Shown here: positions 1 to 12,974 of the stretch, in pieces | How positions within the stretch are numbered: position 1 is the stretch's first letter | Layout: the number at the start of each line of letters is the position of its first letter | Source: Dictyostelium discoideum | Taxonomy: Eukaryota | Length of the DNA: 64,000 bases | Assembly (NCBI GenBank): GCA_000004695.1 | Contig: CM000153.2 | Coordinates: 64,001 to 128,000 of the forward strand | Reading direction: 5' to 3' | The notes under the pieces: model-generated | What the model was told of the DNA's origin: nothing | What the model saw: only the letters and a program-made list of their open reading frames with translations | Databases searched by the model: none | Program-made: the position numbers and the translations under genes

Positions 1-2
1 AT

Positions 3-627
3 GATAAAGTTTTAAGCGTTCAGAAAAAGTGGAGTGGCCCTTCAATTTTTGTTTTAAAAAATAATTGTACAAAGTCATCATCATCATCAACATCATCATC
101 ATCATCGTCAAATAATACTAATAATAATAATAACAATAATAATACTATTAACAATAATAGTAATAACACCGGAACAAGATACTCAGTGAGTTCAATTACC
201 TCTGAGTCATCCGAACAAAGTAGTAATTCACATAATTCATTAAATAATAACAATCATAATAATAATAATAATAATCATAGTCATAATCATAATAATAGTA
301 ATAATAATAATCATCATCATCATCACCACCATCATCATAATAATAATAATAATCAAAATGGTCAACAAGAGGGCGTAGCGGATTCATCATCTAGCTCACC
401 TTGGTCATCACCTGCTTTATCATCACCGTCAAAACAACATTCACTTCAATATTTTGAAAATATACCTACTCTTGCATTGGATTCGACTAATAACAACAAT
501 AACAATAATAATGATACAGATTCAACATCATCAAATATGGGTACACCAACTACAAGTAGAAGAATTACAACAATATTTCAAAAACAACATAGTAGAAATA
601 ATAGTAGCAACAATCAAAATAACAACA

Positions 628-682
<55 letters not shown>

Positions 683-809
683 ACATTTAACACCATTATC
701 AAATTCTACATCACTATCTAGTGCATCATCAATATCATTTTTAAATTCTAGTAATGGTAATAATAGTCCTAATAGTAATAATAGTAATAGTAATAATAAC
801 AATAATAAC

Positions 810-846
<37 letters not shown>

Positions 847-1808
847 CTACAACTACGACAACAACAACAACAATGAATAGTAATGGTGAATGTTGGAAAA
901 ATGCAGAAAGACCAAGAACTGGAGTTAGATGGATTAGTAGTACAGATTTATTTTTAATAAAAAAGATTGGAGCAGGATCATTTTCAAAAGTTTACAAAGC
1001 TAAATATATGGGTGAAATAGTTGCGATCAAAGTATTAAAGGGTGAAGCAACCTCTGAACAAATTGAACTCTTTAAGAAGGAATATGATATACTAAGTTTA
1101 GTATCATCACAAAATCTAATTAAATTCTATGGAGCATGTAAAGAGAAAAAGTTGAGAATGGTAACAGAGTATTGTCAACATGGAAGTCTCTATCATATAA
1201 TGTCAAAGAGAAAGATGGACATATCATGGCCATTGGTATTCAAATGGATGCATCAAGCTGTCGATGGTATCAACTCATTACATACGATGAGACCAGCATT
1301 GGTCCATCGTGATATCAAATCTCAGAATCTATTGATAAACTCTCAATTCGATTTAAAGGTTGCCGATTTTGGTCTAGCGAAACCAACAGAACTACAAACT
1401 GGTTCCAATTCAACCATTAAGGGTACAATGGCTTATTGTGCACCCGAACTTTACAATGGAATTTCATATAGTGAAAAAGCCGATGTCTATTCACTTGGTA
1501 TCGTACTTTGGGAGATTACCACTCGTGTCATCACTGGAAAGTATCAAAGACCCTACGAAGATAACACTGAGATTAGCTTTGACTTTCAAATTGTAATCAT
1601 GTCCTCAAAACAAGGTATACGTCCAACTATGCCCCCAAATGTTCCTCCAAAATTATCCTATCTAATTCAAAAATGTTGGAATCAAGATCCAAACGAAAGA
1701 CCATCTTGTCAACAAATACTTTTAGCCATAACTTCCCTATATGATGATTATATTTATAATCCTTCAAGATATAATGATTTAATTTTAAATAATGATTTAA
1801 ATAATTAA
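3..1808 (+). CDS. Protein kinase (TKL-like) with a long Asn/His/Ser-rich N-terminal region. The CDS is 5'-partial: the reading frame is open from nt 3 to the track's start at 186, and that start is a GTG, not an ATG.
   Basis: Gly loop GAGSFSKVY, VAIKVLK, catalytic loop HRDIKSQNLLIN, DFGLAK, activation segment GTMAYCAPE. No in-frame stop between nt 3 and 186 (..DKVLSVQKKWSGPSIFVLKNNCTKSSSSSTSSSSSSNN..), so the true start lies upstream of the window or in an upstream exon. Confidence 0.8.
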
Positions 1809-1832
1809 AAAATTTAATAAATAAATTAATAG

Positions 1833-1883
<51 letters not shown>

Positions 1884-2697
1884 AAATATACAATTGAAAA
1901 GCATGTGAAATAGTAATTCTTCATTGTTTAAAGATTGAATTTAAAAATTTTCTCAAATTTTTTATTTTATTAAATTAATTTTATCTATTCAAATATTAAA
2001 AAAAATATTATTAATAATTTATAAATGTTGGTTAAATTTTTTATTAATTTTAATATGATCTTAATTCAATTTCCATTTTATTTATTTTAAAAAAAACTAT
2101 TAATTATTTATTTGTACAATTTCCGACAACAAAATTTACCCAATTTTGGAATTACTAAATTAATATGGGAAAATTAATTGTGAATAAATTTTTTTTGTCA
2201 ATCATACTATTTATTTATTTATTTATTATATTTTTTATTTTAATTGTGAATAAATGAAAAAAATTAAAAAAAAAAATAATACGGCCAATGAAAAATTTTT
2301 CGCGAAAAGATTGATCTTTTCCGGGATAAATCGATCTTTTTCAAAATAACTTTTTTTGTTCAGAATTAATTCAATTATTCACAGAAAGGTCCATTATATA
2401 TGGTATGATTATTTTTGAAAATAAAAATAAAACAAGTAAAAAAATGGTAGCAAAAATTTAAATTACAAAAAAAGCGTATTTCAATTTTTTAAAAAAAAAA
2501 AACCAAAAATTAGATAAAATAATTAAATAAAACATATTAAAAAAAAAGTTTAAAAAAAAAAAAAAATTTCCCAATTATTCAAGAATAGCAAATTATGTTT
2601 ATAATTAAGGTTATTAAAATTGAAAAAAAATAAAATAAAATAAAAAAAAAACTAAAATAGATTATGAAAATATTGAAAGATAAAATTGGAATTTGAG

Positions 2698-2738
<41 letters not shown>

Positions 2739-2810
2739 GGCTGGGGAGGGGTGTTTTAATTTTTAGATCTGAAAAAAAAAAAAAAAATTTTATTTTTTTA
2801 TTTTTATTAT

Positions 2811-2859
<49 letters not shown>

Positions 2860-3133
2860 TATTTTTTTTTCAATTTAAAAGTTTTTCAAAAAAAAAAAAA
2901 AAATAAAATAAAATAAACAAATAATATTTTTTATACAAATAATTAAAAAACATTTTTTTTTTTTTTTCCTAATAATATTTGCAATAAAATAAATTTTAAA
3001 TTCATTTTTTAATAAAAAAAATAAAAAAAAAAAAATATTAAACCAAAAAAAAAAAAAGTATTAAAAAAATAAAAAAAAAAACAACAAAAAAAAAAAAGTA
3101 TTAAAAAAAAGAAAAAAAGAAAAATATAAAGAA

Positions 3134-3898
3134 ATGATCTCGGATTACGAAGGACCAACACCAACTAAAAAATTTGATCAAGATATATTATTTGATTACT
3201 CTGAAGGTGAAAAGGAATTTACTTTTGAACTTTTAGATTCATATATTTCATCAGTAGAAGAACATTTACCAGAGTTATTGAATTCATTTGAAGCAAAAGA
3301 TTTAAAGGGTGCAGTACTTCATTCTCATGATATTAAAGGTTCATCAAGTTATATTGGTTGCGAAGCTGTGAGATATGTTAGTGGTAAGATAGAGGCATAT
3401 TGTAAAAATGATGAATTAGAAAAAGCAGAATCATTTTATCCAGAATTAAAGAAAGAAGTTGAAGAAGTATTTAAAATTTTAAGTGATTTTAAGAAAAATT
3501 GGGATAAAAATCATGGTGAAGGTGGTAGTGATGATGGTGGTGATGATAATGAAAGTGAACCAACTGAAAACAATAATAATGATGGTAGTAGTGTAAATAA
3601 TAATGATAGTAGTAGCGGTGGTGGTGGTAAAGACATAGAAAATAAAAACACAGATGAAAATACTGGAAAGAATCTAAACGAAAGATCTAAATCACCAGTA
3701 CCCTTACAAACAACATTAAAACCAGTAACTATTGAAACACCCAAAACTGCTTCTGATAAAATTGCAACCGAAACTCCAACTTCTTTAGCTAATAATACCA
3801 ATAGTAGCAGCAACAATAACAGTAAAAATGAAAATGGTTTAAATAGTAAACAACCTCAAACTTCTTCAAATTCACCAACAAAAATTCAAACAAAATAA
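3134..3898 (+). CDS. rdeA: Histidine phosphotransfer (HPt) protein of the YPD1/RdeA type, 254 aa, with an acidic/Ser-Asn-rich C-terminal tail.
   Basis: HPt signature H-x-x-K-G-S-S-x-x-x-G present as LHSH(65)DIKGSSSYIGCEAV with His at residue 65. The length (254 aa) and His65 match my recollection of Dictyostelium RdeA. Single exon. Confidence 0.75.
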   Translation: MISDYEGPTPTKKFDQDILFDYSEGEKEFTFELLDSYISSVEEHLPELLNSFEAKDLKGAVLHSHDIKGSSSYIGCEAVRYVSGKIEAYCKNDELEKAESFYPELKKEVEEVFKILSDFKKNWDKNHGEGGSDDGGDDNESEPTENNNNDGSSVNNNDSSSGGGGKDIENKNTDENTGKNLNERSKSPVPLQTTLKPVTIETPKTASDKIATETPTSLANNTNSSSNNNSKNENGLNSKQPQTSSNSPTKIQTK

Positions 3899-3921
3899 AG
3901 CAAAAAAAAAAATAAAACAAA

Positions 3922-3954
<33 letters not shown>

Positions 3955-4064
3955 AAATAGGAAAAAAAAAAATAAATAAATAAAATTATGTAATATAAAC
4001 AAATAGAATTTCAATTTTTTTTTTTTTTCTTTTTTTTTTTCTTTTTTTTACTATATCCTTTATT

Positions 4065-5168
4065 TTAATATTCTAAATAAACTTTACGAACAATACCATT
4101 TTTAATAGAACCATGACATTTTTTAAATTTTTGTTTTGATTTACATGGACAATTTTCGTTTGGACTAACTTTTAATTTTTGAATTGGTCCTTTATTAAAT
4201 GATTCTCTATATGCATTAATAGATTCTAAAAAAAAAGATATAAGAGTTATTATTATAATTATTAATTAATTATTATTTTAATTATTTATTTTTATTTTAT
4301 TATTTATTTTATTTTTAATTTAATTTATAAATAAGAAAAAAAAAAAAAAATACATACGAAATAATTGATCAATAAAATTATTTAATTGAGTTGAATTAAT
4401 TGTTTTATGAACTTTTAAAAAAGAATCCAAAAAATTAACATATTTATTTGGATCATTATTAAGGAAATCATTTGCTAATGGATTTGGAGTTGTTACTTGA
4501 TGAATTAATTTTTCATTCCAACAACCATCTTGAAAGATGATAATATTTTCAGGTGGACCTTTTAATTCGATAGCAGGATCAACGAAATCGTTAATGATTG
4601 AAATTGAATTTAATAATGTTTGATTGATTGAACAAGTTTGAAGGTTTTCTAAAGAGATTCTAGCCAATTGTGGTGTTTTATCATCCAAAGAGATACTAAT
4701 ACTTTCAACGACATTAATCTCTTTAAATTCTATTAAATCTTTTAATTTCTCTTTTAATTTCTCTTGAATATCAAACCAAATCAATTCAATTGTTGAATTG
4801 GTTTCTTGTTGTTTTGCAACGGCATCTTTTCTAACTGGTATATTAAAACATCTCCAAACCATGATTTTATTGGCAGAACCATTCTCCTCATCCATTAATA
4901 CATATTGTAATTCCTCTTCAATCTTTCCTAAACTAATATTATCATCATAATTTGCATCTACATGTACAAATGATACACGATTCTTTGATTTAATTATGAA
5001 TACACTCGAATCTAATGTAATCTCATCTGTATAAAATCTAATATTTGATCTCTCTTTAAATAATATTTCATCTCTTCTATTTCTTGCTATATATCCAATT
5101 GGTACTAAATAATTTAATTTTGATTTTTCATTAACACCATTATTAATTTCTTGTGTTGTAAATATCAT
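4065..5168 (-). CDS. Hypothetical protein, about 323 aa, with a C-terminal CPCKSKQKFKKCHG (SEC-C-like Cys/His) motif. Two exons: 4358..5168 and 4065..4225.
   Basis: ORF 4320..5168 ends in an implausible FFFFF tail. A minus-strand GTATGT donor follows ..NNFIDQLF (last exon base 4358, phase 1), and a poly-T/AG acceptor gives an exon 2 start at 4225. The split codon is restored and the joined frame ends ..QSINAYRESFNKGPIQKLKVSPNENCPCKSKQKFKKCHGSIKNGIVRKVYLEY* at 4065. Confidence 0.55.
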
Positions 5169-5390
5169 TTTTTTTATTTTATTAATTATATATAGTTTTT
5201 AAATAAAAAATAAAATAAAATAAAAAAAAAAAAAAATAAAAATAAAAATAAAAATAAAAAATCTTTTTTGTTGGTTTGAAAAAAAAAAAAAAAAAAAAAA
5301 GTGAAAATAAAAAATCTTTCGTTCGTTTTTTTTTTTTGTTGGTTTGAAAAAAAAAAAAAAAAAGATATTTAATCCTTTTTCATTGGATTG

Positions 5391-5395
5391 TTAAG

Positions 5396-5485
<90 letters not shown>

Positions 5486-6422
5486 GAAAAGTAGAAGGAT
5501 TAACTTTTGGATCATCATATGATACAGTTAATAATGTTAAAGGTTCTGGAGAAGCAGTTGGAGGAGCAGCACCTCTATCTTTTTTATCTTTAATTTCTTC
5601 CAATTGTTGAATTGAAATTTCTCCTTCACCAACTTTAATTAAGGAAGCAACCATAATTCTAACTTGATTATGAAGGAAAGCTCTAGCTTTAATTTCTATA
5701 CCAAAATATTGTAAACCTGTATTTTTTTTATCTAGATTCTTTTCACCATCACCAATTGGATAATTTGTATTTGATCTTGAAATATTTTGAAAAGATGGAT
5801 TATATTGAAAAATATCTGGTAATGGTAAATCATAAATTTTAATATGAGAAATTGATCTAATTGGTCTAGTGGATGAACATTTTGCACTCCTAAAACTTGA
5901 GAAATCATGAGTACCAATGAACATTTCCGAAGCTTTTCTCATTTCATCAAGATTTAAAATGGGACCAACCAGATATACTCTATCCAATAATTCCAATGGA
6001 ATTTGTTTTCTCCCACAATTTGCCATTACTCTATAGAGATAGGTTCTAGAGGTTGCATTAAATCTACAATGAAATTTGTCATCAACAATCTCTGTTTTTA
6101 TAATTCTAATTGATTTTAAATATTCTTTACCAACATTATAATTTATTGCCATTGTTAATTCTTCTGGTGATAATAGTGGCATTTCAATACCACTTTTTGA
6201 TGTACGAGTTTTAACATCAAAATGTGAAACTTGTCCAACTGCACTAACACCATGATCTGTTCTACTTGACCCAACAATTGGTATTTTATAACCATGAATT
6301 TTCTCTAATGAATCTTCTAATACTTGTTGAACTGGTAATTTTACAACTGGATACTTTAATCGTTGAAATCCAGTAAATGATTTACCAATATATTCATATA
6401 TAATCTTATATCTTGGTGACAT
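5391..6422 (-). CDS. tRNA pseudouridine synthase of the TruA/Pus family, with a C-terminal poly-Gln tail.
   Basis: N-terminal YEYIGKSFTGFQRL, the catalytic-Asp motif region GSSRTDHGVSAVGQV (TruA GxGRTDxGVHA-like), FHCRF, NFxR. Confidence 0.8.
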
Positions 6423-6874
6423 TTTTTTTTAAAAAAATTATATATTTATAATTTTGTAAAAGGTTGCGTAAACAAAAAAAAAAAAAAAATAAAAATAAAA
6501 ATAAAAAAAAATAAAAAAAAATAAAAAAAAAATTTTGGTATTTATATTTGATTTTTTAAAAAAAAAAAAAAAACAGTGTTTGGGAGTAAAATAAAAAATT
6601 TAAAATAGTTTTTATAAATATAAATTATTTTTCTATTAATTTTAAAAAAAAAAAATATCTAAAATAAATAATGGACAAAACCTTATAAAAAAATGAATTT
6701 ATTTTTTTAATTTTTATTTTAACCCATATCTCGAAATGTTTAAAATTTTTAAAATATGAAATTAAAAAAATTTTATGAAATTTAATTTTTTTTTTTTATT
6801 TTTTTTTATTTTTTTAATATTTCTTTCTCTCTCTCAACACATTAAAATTTTTTTAAACACGTTAAATAAAAAAA

Positions 6875-8116
6875 ATGATTAAAAAATTAATATTAGATCC
6901 AAAGAATGTATCAATAATTAAAAATGGTATTAGAAATTATTCAAAATCAAAATCATTTATTCAACCAATTACAACATTATCAGAAGAGGAAACTTTATTA
7001 AAAGAAACTGTTGCAAATTTTGCAAATGAAAAAGTTAGACCATTAGTAAAGGTTATGGATGAAACATCAGAATTAAATAAAGGATTATTAAAAGATTTAT
7101 TCGATATGAATTTAATGGGTATTGATATTTCAGATAGTTATGGTGGAGCCAATATGAATTTTATGGGATCAATCATTGCTATTGAAGAATTAGCAAAAGT
7201 TGATCCAGCCATTAGTGTAATAGTAGATGTACAAAATACACTCGTTAACAATTGTATCAATCGTTATGGTAGCATACAACAAAGAGAAAAGTATTTATCA
7301 ATGTTGGCAACCAACACAGTTGGTAGTTTTTGTCTAAGTGAATCAGGCTCAGGTTCTGATGCATTCGCATTGGCAACTCGTGCAGTCAGACAATCAGATG
7401 GCACATTCGTTTTAAATGGCACTAAACAATGGATCACAAATGCCAAAGAGGCAGGTGTTTTCATCGTTATGGCAAATGTCGACCCATCACAGGGTTACAA
7501 AGGTATCACTGCCTTCATTGTTGAATCTAATAATCCAGGTTTAAGAATTGGTAAGAAGGAGGATAAATTAGGTATTAGAGCAAGCAGTACTTGTGAAGTT
7601 ATTTTGGACAATTGTGTGGTAAAACCAACTGATATCCTCGGTGAATTGGGTAGAGGTTATAAAATTGCTATCGAGGGTTTAAATGAAGGTCGTATTGGTA
7701 TCGCTGCTCAAATGTTGGGTTTAGCTCAAGGTGTATTCGATTCAACTATTCCTTACTTGATGGAACGTAAACAATTTGGTAAACCAATCGCTACTTTCCA
7801 AGGTATGCAATTCACTTATGCAGATTTAGCTGTAGATATTGAAGCTGGTAGACTTTTAACTTATAATGCAGCTCGTATTAAAGAAGCTGGTCTACCATTT
7901 GTTTTCCAAGCTTCAATGGCAAAACTTCATTGTTCACGTGTCGCTGAAAAAGCAGCTTCTGCTTGTATTTCAATGTTGGGTGGTGTTGGTTTCACTAAAG
8001 AATTCCCTGCTGAAAAATTCTTTAGAGATTCAAAAGTTGGTCAAATTTATGAAGGTACTTCAAATATTCAATTACAAACAATTGCAAAAGAAATTGTTAA
8101 AAATTTTAATAAATAA
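6875..8116 (+). CDS. Short/branched-chain acyl-CoA dehydrogenase (ACADSB-like), probably mitochondrial.
   Basis: Full-length ACAD fold: CLSESGSGSDAFALATRA, the active-site region, and C-terminal ..IYEGTSNIQLQTIAKEI, which is close to the human SBCAD ..IYEGASNIQLNTIAK.. as I recall it. Confidence 0.85.
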   Translation: MIKKLILDPKNVSIIKNGIRNYSKSKSFIQPITTLSEEETLLKETVANFANEKVRPLVKVMDETSELNKGLLKDLFDMNLMGIDISDSYGGANMNFMGSIIAIEELAKVDPAISVIVDVQNTLVNNCINRYGSIQQREKYLSMLATNTVGSFCLSESGSGSDAFALATRAVRQSDGTFVLNGTKQWITNAKEAGVFIVMANVDPSQGYKGITAFIVESNNPGLRIGKKEDKLGIRASSTCEVILDNCVVKPTDILGELGRGYKIAIEGLNEGRIGIAAQMLGLAQGVFDSTIPYLMERKQFGKPIATFQGMQFTYADLAVDIEAGRLLTYNAARIKEAGLPFVFQASMAKLHCSRVAEKAASACISMLGGVGFTKEFPAEKFFRDSKVGQIYEGTSNIQLQTIAKEIVKNFNK

Positions 8117-8205
8117 AATAAAAAATTAAACAAAATAAATAATATTTAAAAAAAAAAAAAGTAAGAAAAAAAAAATAAAAAATCAAATTTATTTTTAAAT
8201 TAATT

Positions 8206-9834
8206 TTATAAATTTGATTTTAAAATAATTATATCTTTGTTTAAATTTAAAAGATATGGATATAATAATGTTGGCATAAAATCAATTAATTGATTTGAAG
8301 TTAAAAATTGAATTATTAATCTTTTAATTGTTTCATGTTGATTATTTGTAAATTTAATATCATCTTGTTGTTGTTGTTGTTTTAAAGATTTTTCAATATC
8401 ATTTAAATTTATTAAAATTGTTGAAATATTTAAAAGTTTATTATTATCTTCTTTAATTGCAACACCAAATTTTAACCATTTCCAAAGTAAAACACGATTA
8501 ATTTCAGAGGTAGCTAAATCTTCAATTACGCCATTAATAGATGATGCACCTTTTTCTTTAAAAATCCAATTTCCAATGTAAATATATAAAACTGTTAAAT
8601 AAGATTTAACATCTTGAATTGATACAGAAGCGATTGGATAATTATGATTGAATTTATTTTCCAATGTTAAACCTTTACAAGTTTTAATTAAATTTGAAAA
8701 ATATTGATCACATTGAATAGGTGAAAATTTAAATAAACGATTTGAAGATAAATGATTTGTATTATCATTACCAATCACCTCTTTAAAAGCATTTCTACAA
8801 GCGGATACAGCAGATTTATGAGCTATTAATGCACCATCGAACCCCATTTTAGCTTCTTCTTTTTTTCCATTGAAAATAGAGAGTAGCTCTTTATCTGATA
8901 GGGTTTGACCAACATTGGTTGGATAATGAGGTGCCATACCACCAGTAGCTAAACAACCTCTTTTGTGTGAAATATTTGATAAAAGATTATAATAAGATAC
9001 TAAAAACTCTTGATTAAATGATAACATTGATTTTGAAGGAATATTATAGTTTGGTAATTGACTAAACTTTTTAATGTAAGAAAAGATGTAATCCCATCTA
9101 CCAGTATTTAAAGCGATACAATGGTCACGTAAATAATATATAATCTCTTCCATTTCAAAGGAAGCTAAAATATTCTCAATCAATACGATTGCTTTAATTG
9201 TGAATGGTGGTATTGATAATAACTGTTCACATCGCTTCAAGAGTGAATCCCACCATTGTGCTTCACGATAATTTTCAATCTTTGGTATGTAAAGGAATGG
9301 TCCACGATTCATCTCTATTAGCTTTGCTGCATTATTGAATAGAAATACACCCAAATCAAATATCGTACCTGAAATTGGGACACCATCAACACAATGATTA
9401 ATTTCATCTAAATTCATCGAACGAGGTCTAACCAATAATAATGCTTTATTGGATTGATTCAATCTATTATCATTTACAATCTTGTTAATGTTTGATTGTG
9501 CCTTTAAATTATTTGAATGAGATGGTGAATAACCGTCATCGAAATCAACTTGAACACCATTACTACCACTTTCAACACATTCAACCATGCTTTGATAATT
9601 GGTAACATCTAAACAAACTATATCAACACTTCTATCTTGAAGAATCTTTGGAATCTCTCTAATCTTCCATGTTGAATCATTACGAATTTCAAATGTTTCA
9701 ATTGGTTTCTTTAAACATTTACCAAGACTTTGAGTTATATTTGATTGAATTAATATTCTTTCCTTTAATAATTCTTGTCTTTTCCCTTCAAATTCTAAAT
9801 GTAAGACTTTTAGAAATTCATTAATTTTTTCCAT
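8206..9834 (-). CDS. Malate synthase (glyoxylate cycle).
   Basis: 542 aa with RPRSMNLDE, GPFLYIPKIENYREAQWW, LNTGRWDYIFS and GGMAPHYPT, which are malate synthase A hallmark blocks. Confidence 0.9.
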   Translation of the reverse strand: MEKINEFLKVLHLEFEGKRQELLKERILIQSNITQSLGKCLKKPIETFEIRNDSTWKIREIPKILQDRSVDIVCLDVTNYQSMVECVESGSNGVQVDFDDGYSPSHSNNLKAQSNINKIVNDNRLNQSNKALLLVRPRSMNLDEINHCVDGVPISGTIFDLGVFLFNNAAKLIEMNRGPFLYIPKIENYREAQWWDSLLKRCEQLLSIPPFTIKAIVLIENILASFEMEEIIYYLRDHCIALNTGRWDYIFSYIKKFSQLPNYNIPSKSMLSFNQEFLVSYYNLLSNISHKRGCLATGGMAPHYPTNVGQTLSDKELLSIFNGKKEEAKMGFDGALIAHKSAVSACRNAFKEVIGNDNTNHLSSNRLFKFSPIQCDQYFSNLIKTCKGLTLENKFNHNYPIASVSIQDVKSYLTVLYIYIGNWIFKEKGASSINGVIEDLATSEINRVLLWKWLKFGVAIKEDNNKLLNISTILINLNDIEKSLKQQQQQDDIKFTNNQHETIKRLIIQFLTSNQLIDFMPTLLYPYLLNLNKDIIILKSNL

Positions 9835-10286
9835 TTCAAATAATTAATTTAATTTAAAAAAAAAAAAAAATTAAAATTAAAAAAAAAAAATTAAAAAAAA
9901 AATTAAAAAATAAAATATTAAAAAAATAATTTTTAAAAAAAAAAAAAAAATTAAAAAAAAAAAAAAGATATTTTTAATTTTTTTGTCCACACTGTTTTTT
10001 TCATTATTTTAAAATAATAAATTAAAAATAAAAAACTTTTCCCATTAATTTTTATTTTTTTTTTGTTTTTATTTTTTTTTTTTTTTTTTTTTTTTTTTTG
10101 TTTAACTTTTTTATTTATTTTTTTTACAAGATTGATTTTTTTTTTTTTAATTGTATATATATATAAAACACATATGTAAAATTTCCATAGACAAAAATAA
10201 TATATTAAGATAATTGTAATAAAAAAAAAAAAAAAAAGGAAAATTAAAAAAAAAAAAAAAACGAATTGTAATAAATAAAAAAAAAT

Positions 10287-12772
<2,486 letters not shown>

Positions 12773-12897
12773 TAAAAAAAAAAAAAATTAAATAAAAAAA
12801 AAAAAAAAAATGTATATATTTTTTTCCAAACCATAAATCATTAAGTAGCCCAGAAAATGACAGTTTTGTCATGAATTATTTTTTAAAAAATAAAAAA

Positions 12898-12974
12898 ATT
12901 TAAATTAAACAATCAAATAAAAAAATAAAAAAATAGTATTTTTTTATTTTTTTATTTGATTGTTTAATTTAAAT
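12898..12974. repeat. Perfect 77-bp palindrome: 38-bp inverted-repeat arms around a single central G at 12936.
   Basis: Checked base by base: pos i pairs with 25872-i for all 38 positions (..atttaaattaaacaatcaaataaaaaaataaaaaaata g tatttttttatttttttatttgattgtttaatttaaat..). It lies about 125 bp 3' of the channel gene stop. Confidence 0.9.

Noticed and set aside
196-811. Track ORFs 196..390(-), 454..690(+) and 614..811(-), overlapping the kinase N-terminal region.
   Set aside because: They are frames of the same AAT/CAT/TAT trinucleotide runs that encode poly-Asn/His in the kinase. Their poly-Y/L/I translations are low-complexity artefacts, not genes.
2693-2878. [23 protein letters not shown]...
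   Set aside because: Translation of a poly-A tract followed by poly-T. It contains only the G-rich motif noted in findings and has no coding character.
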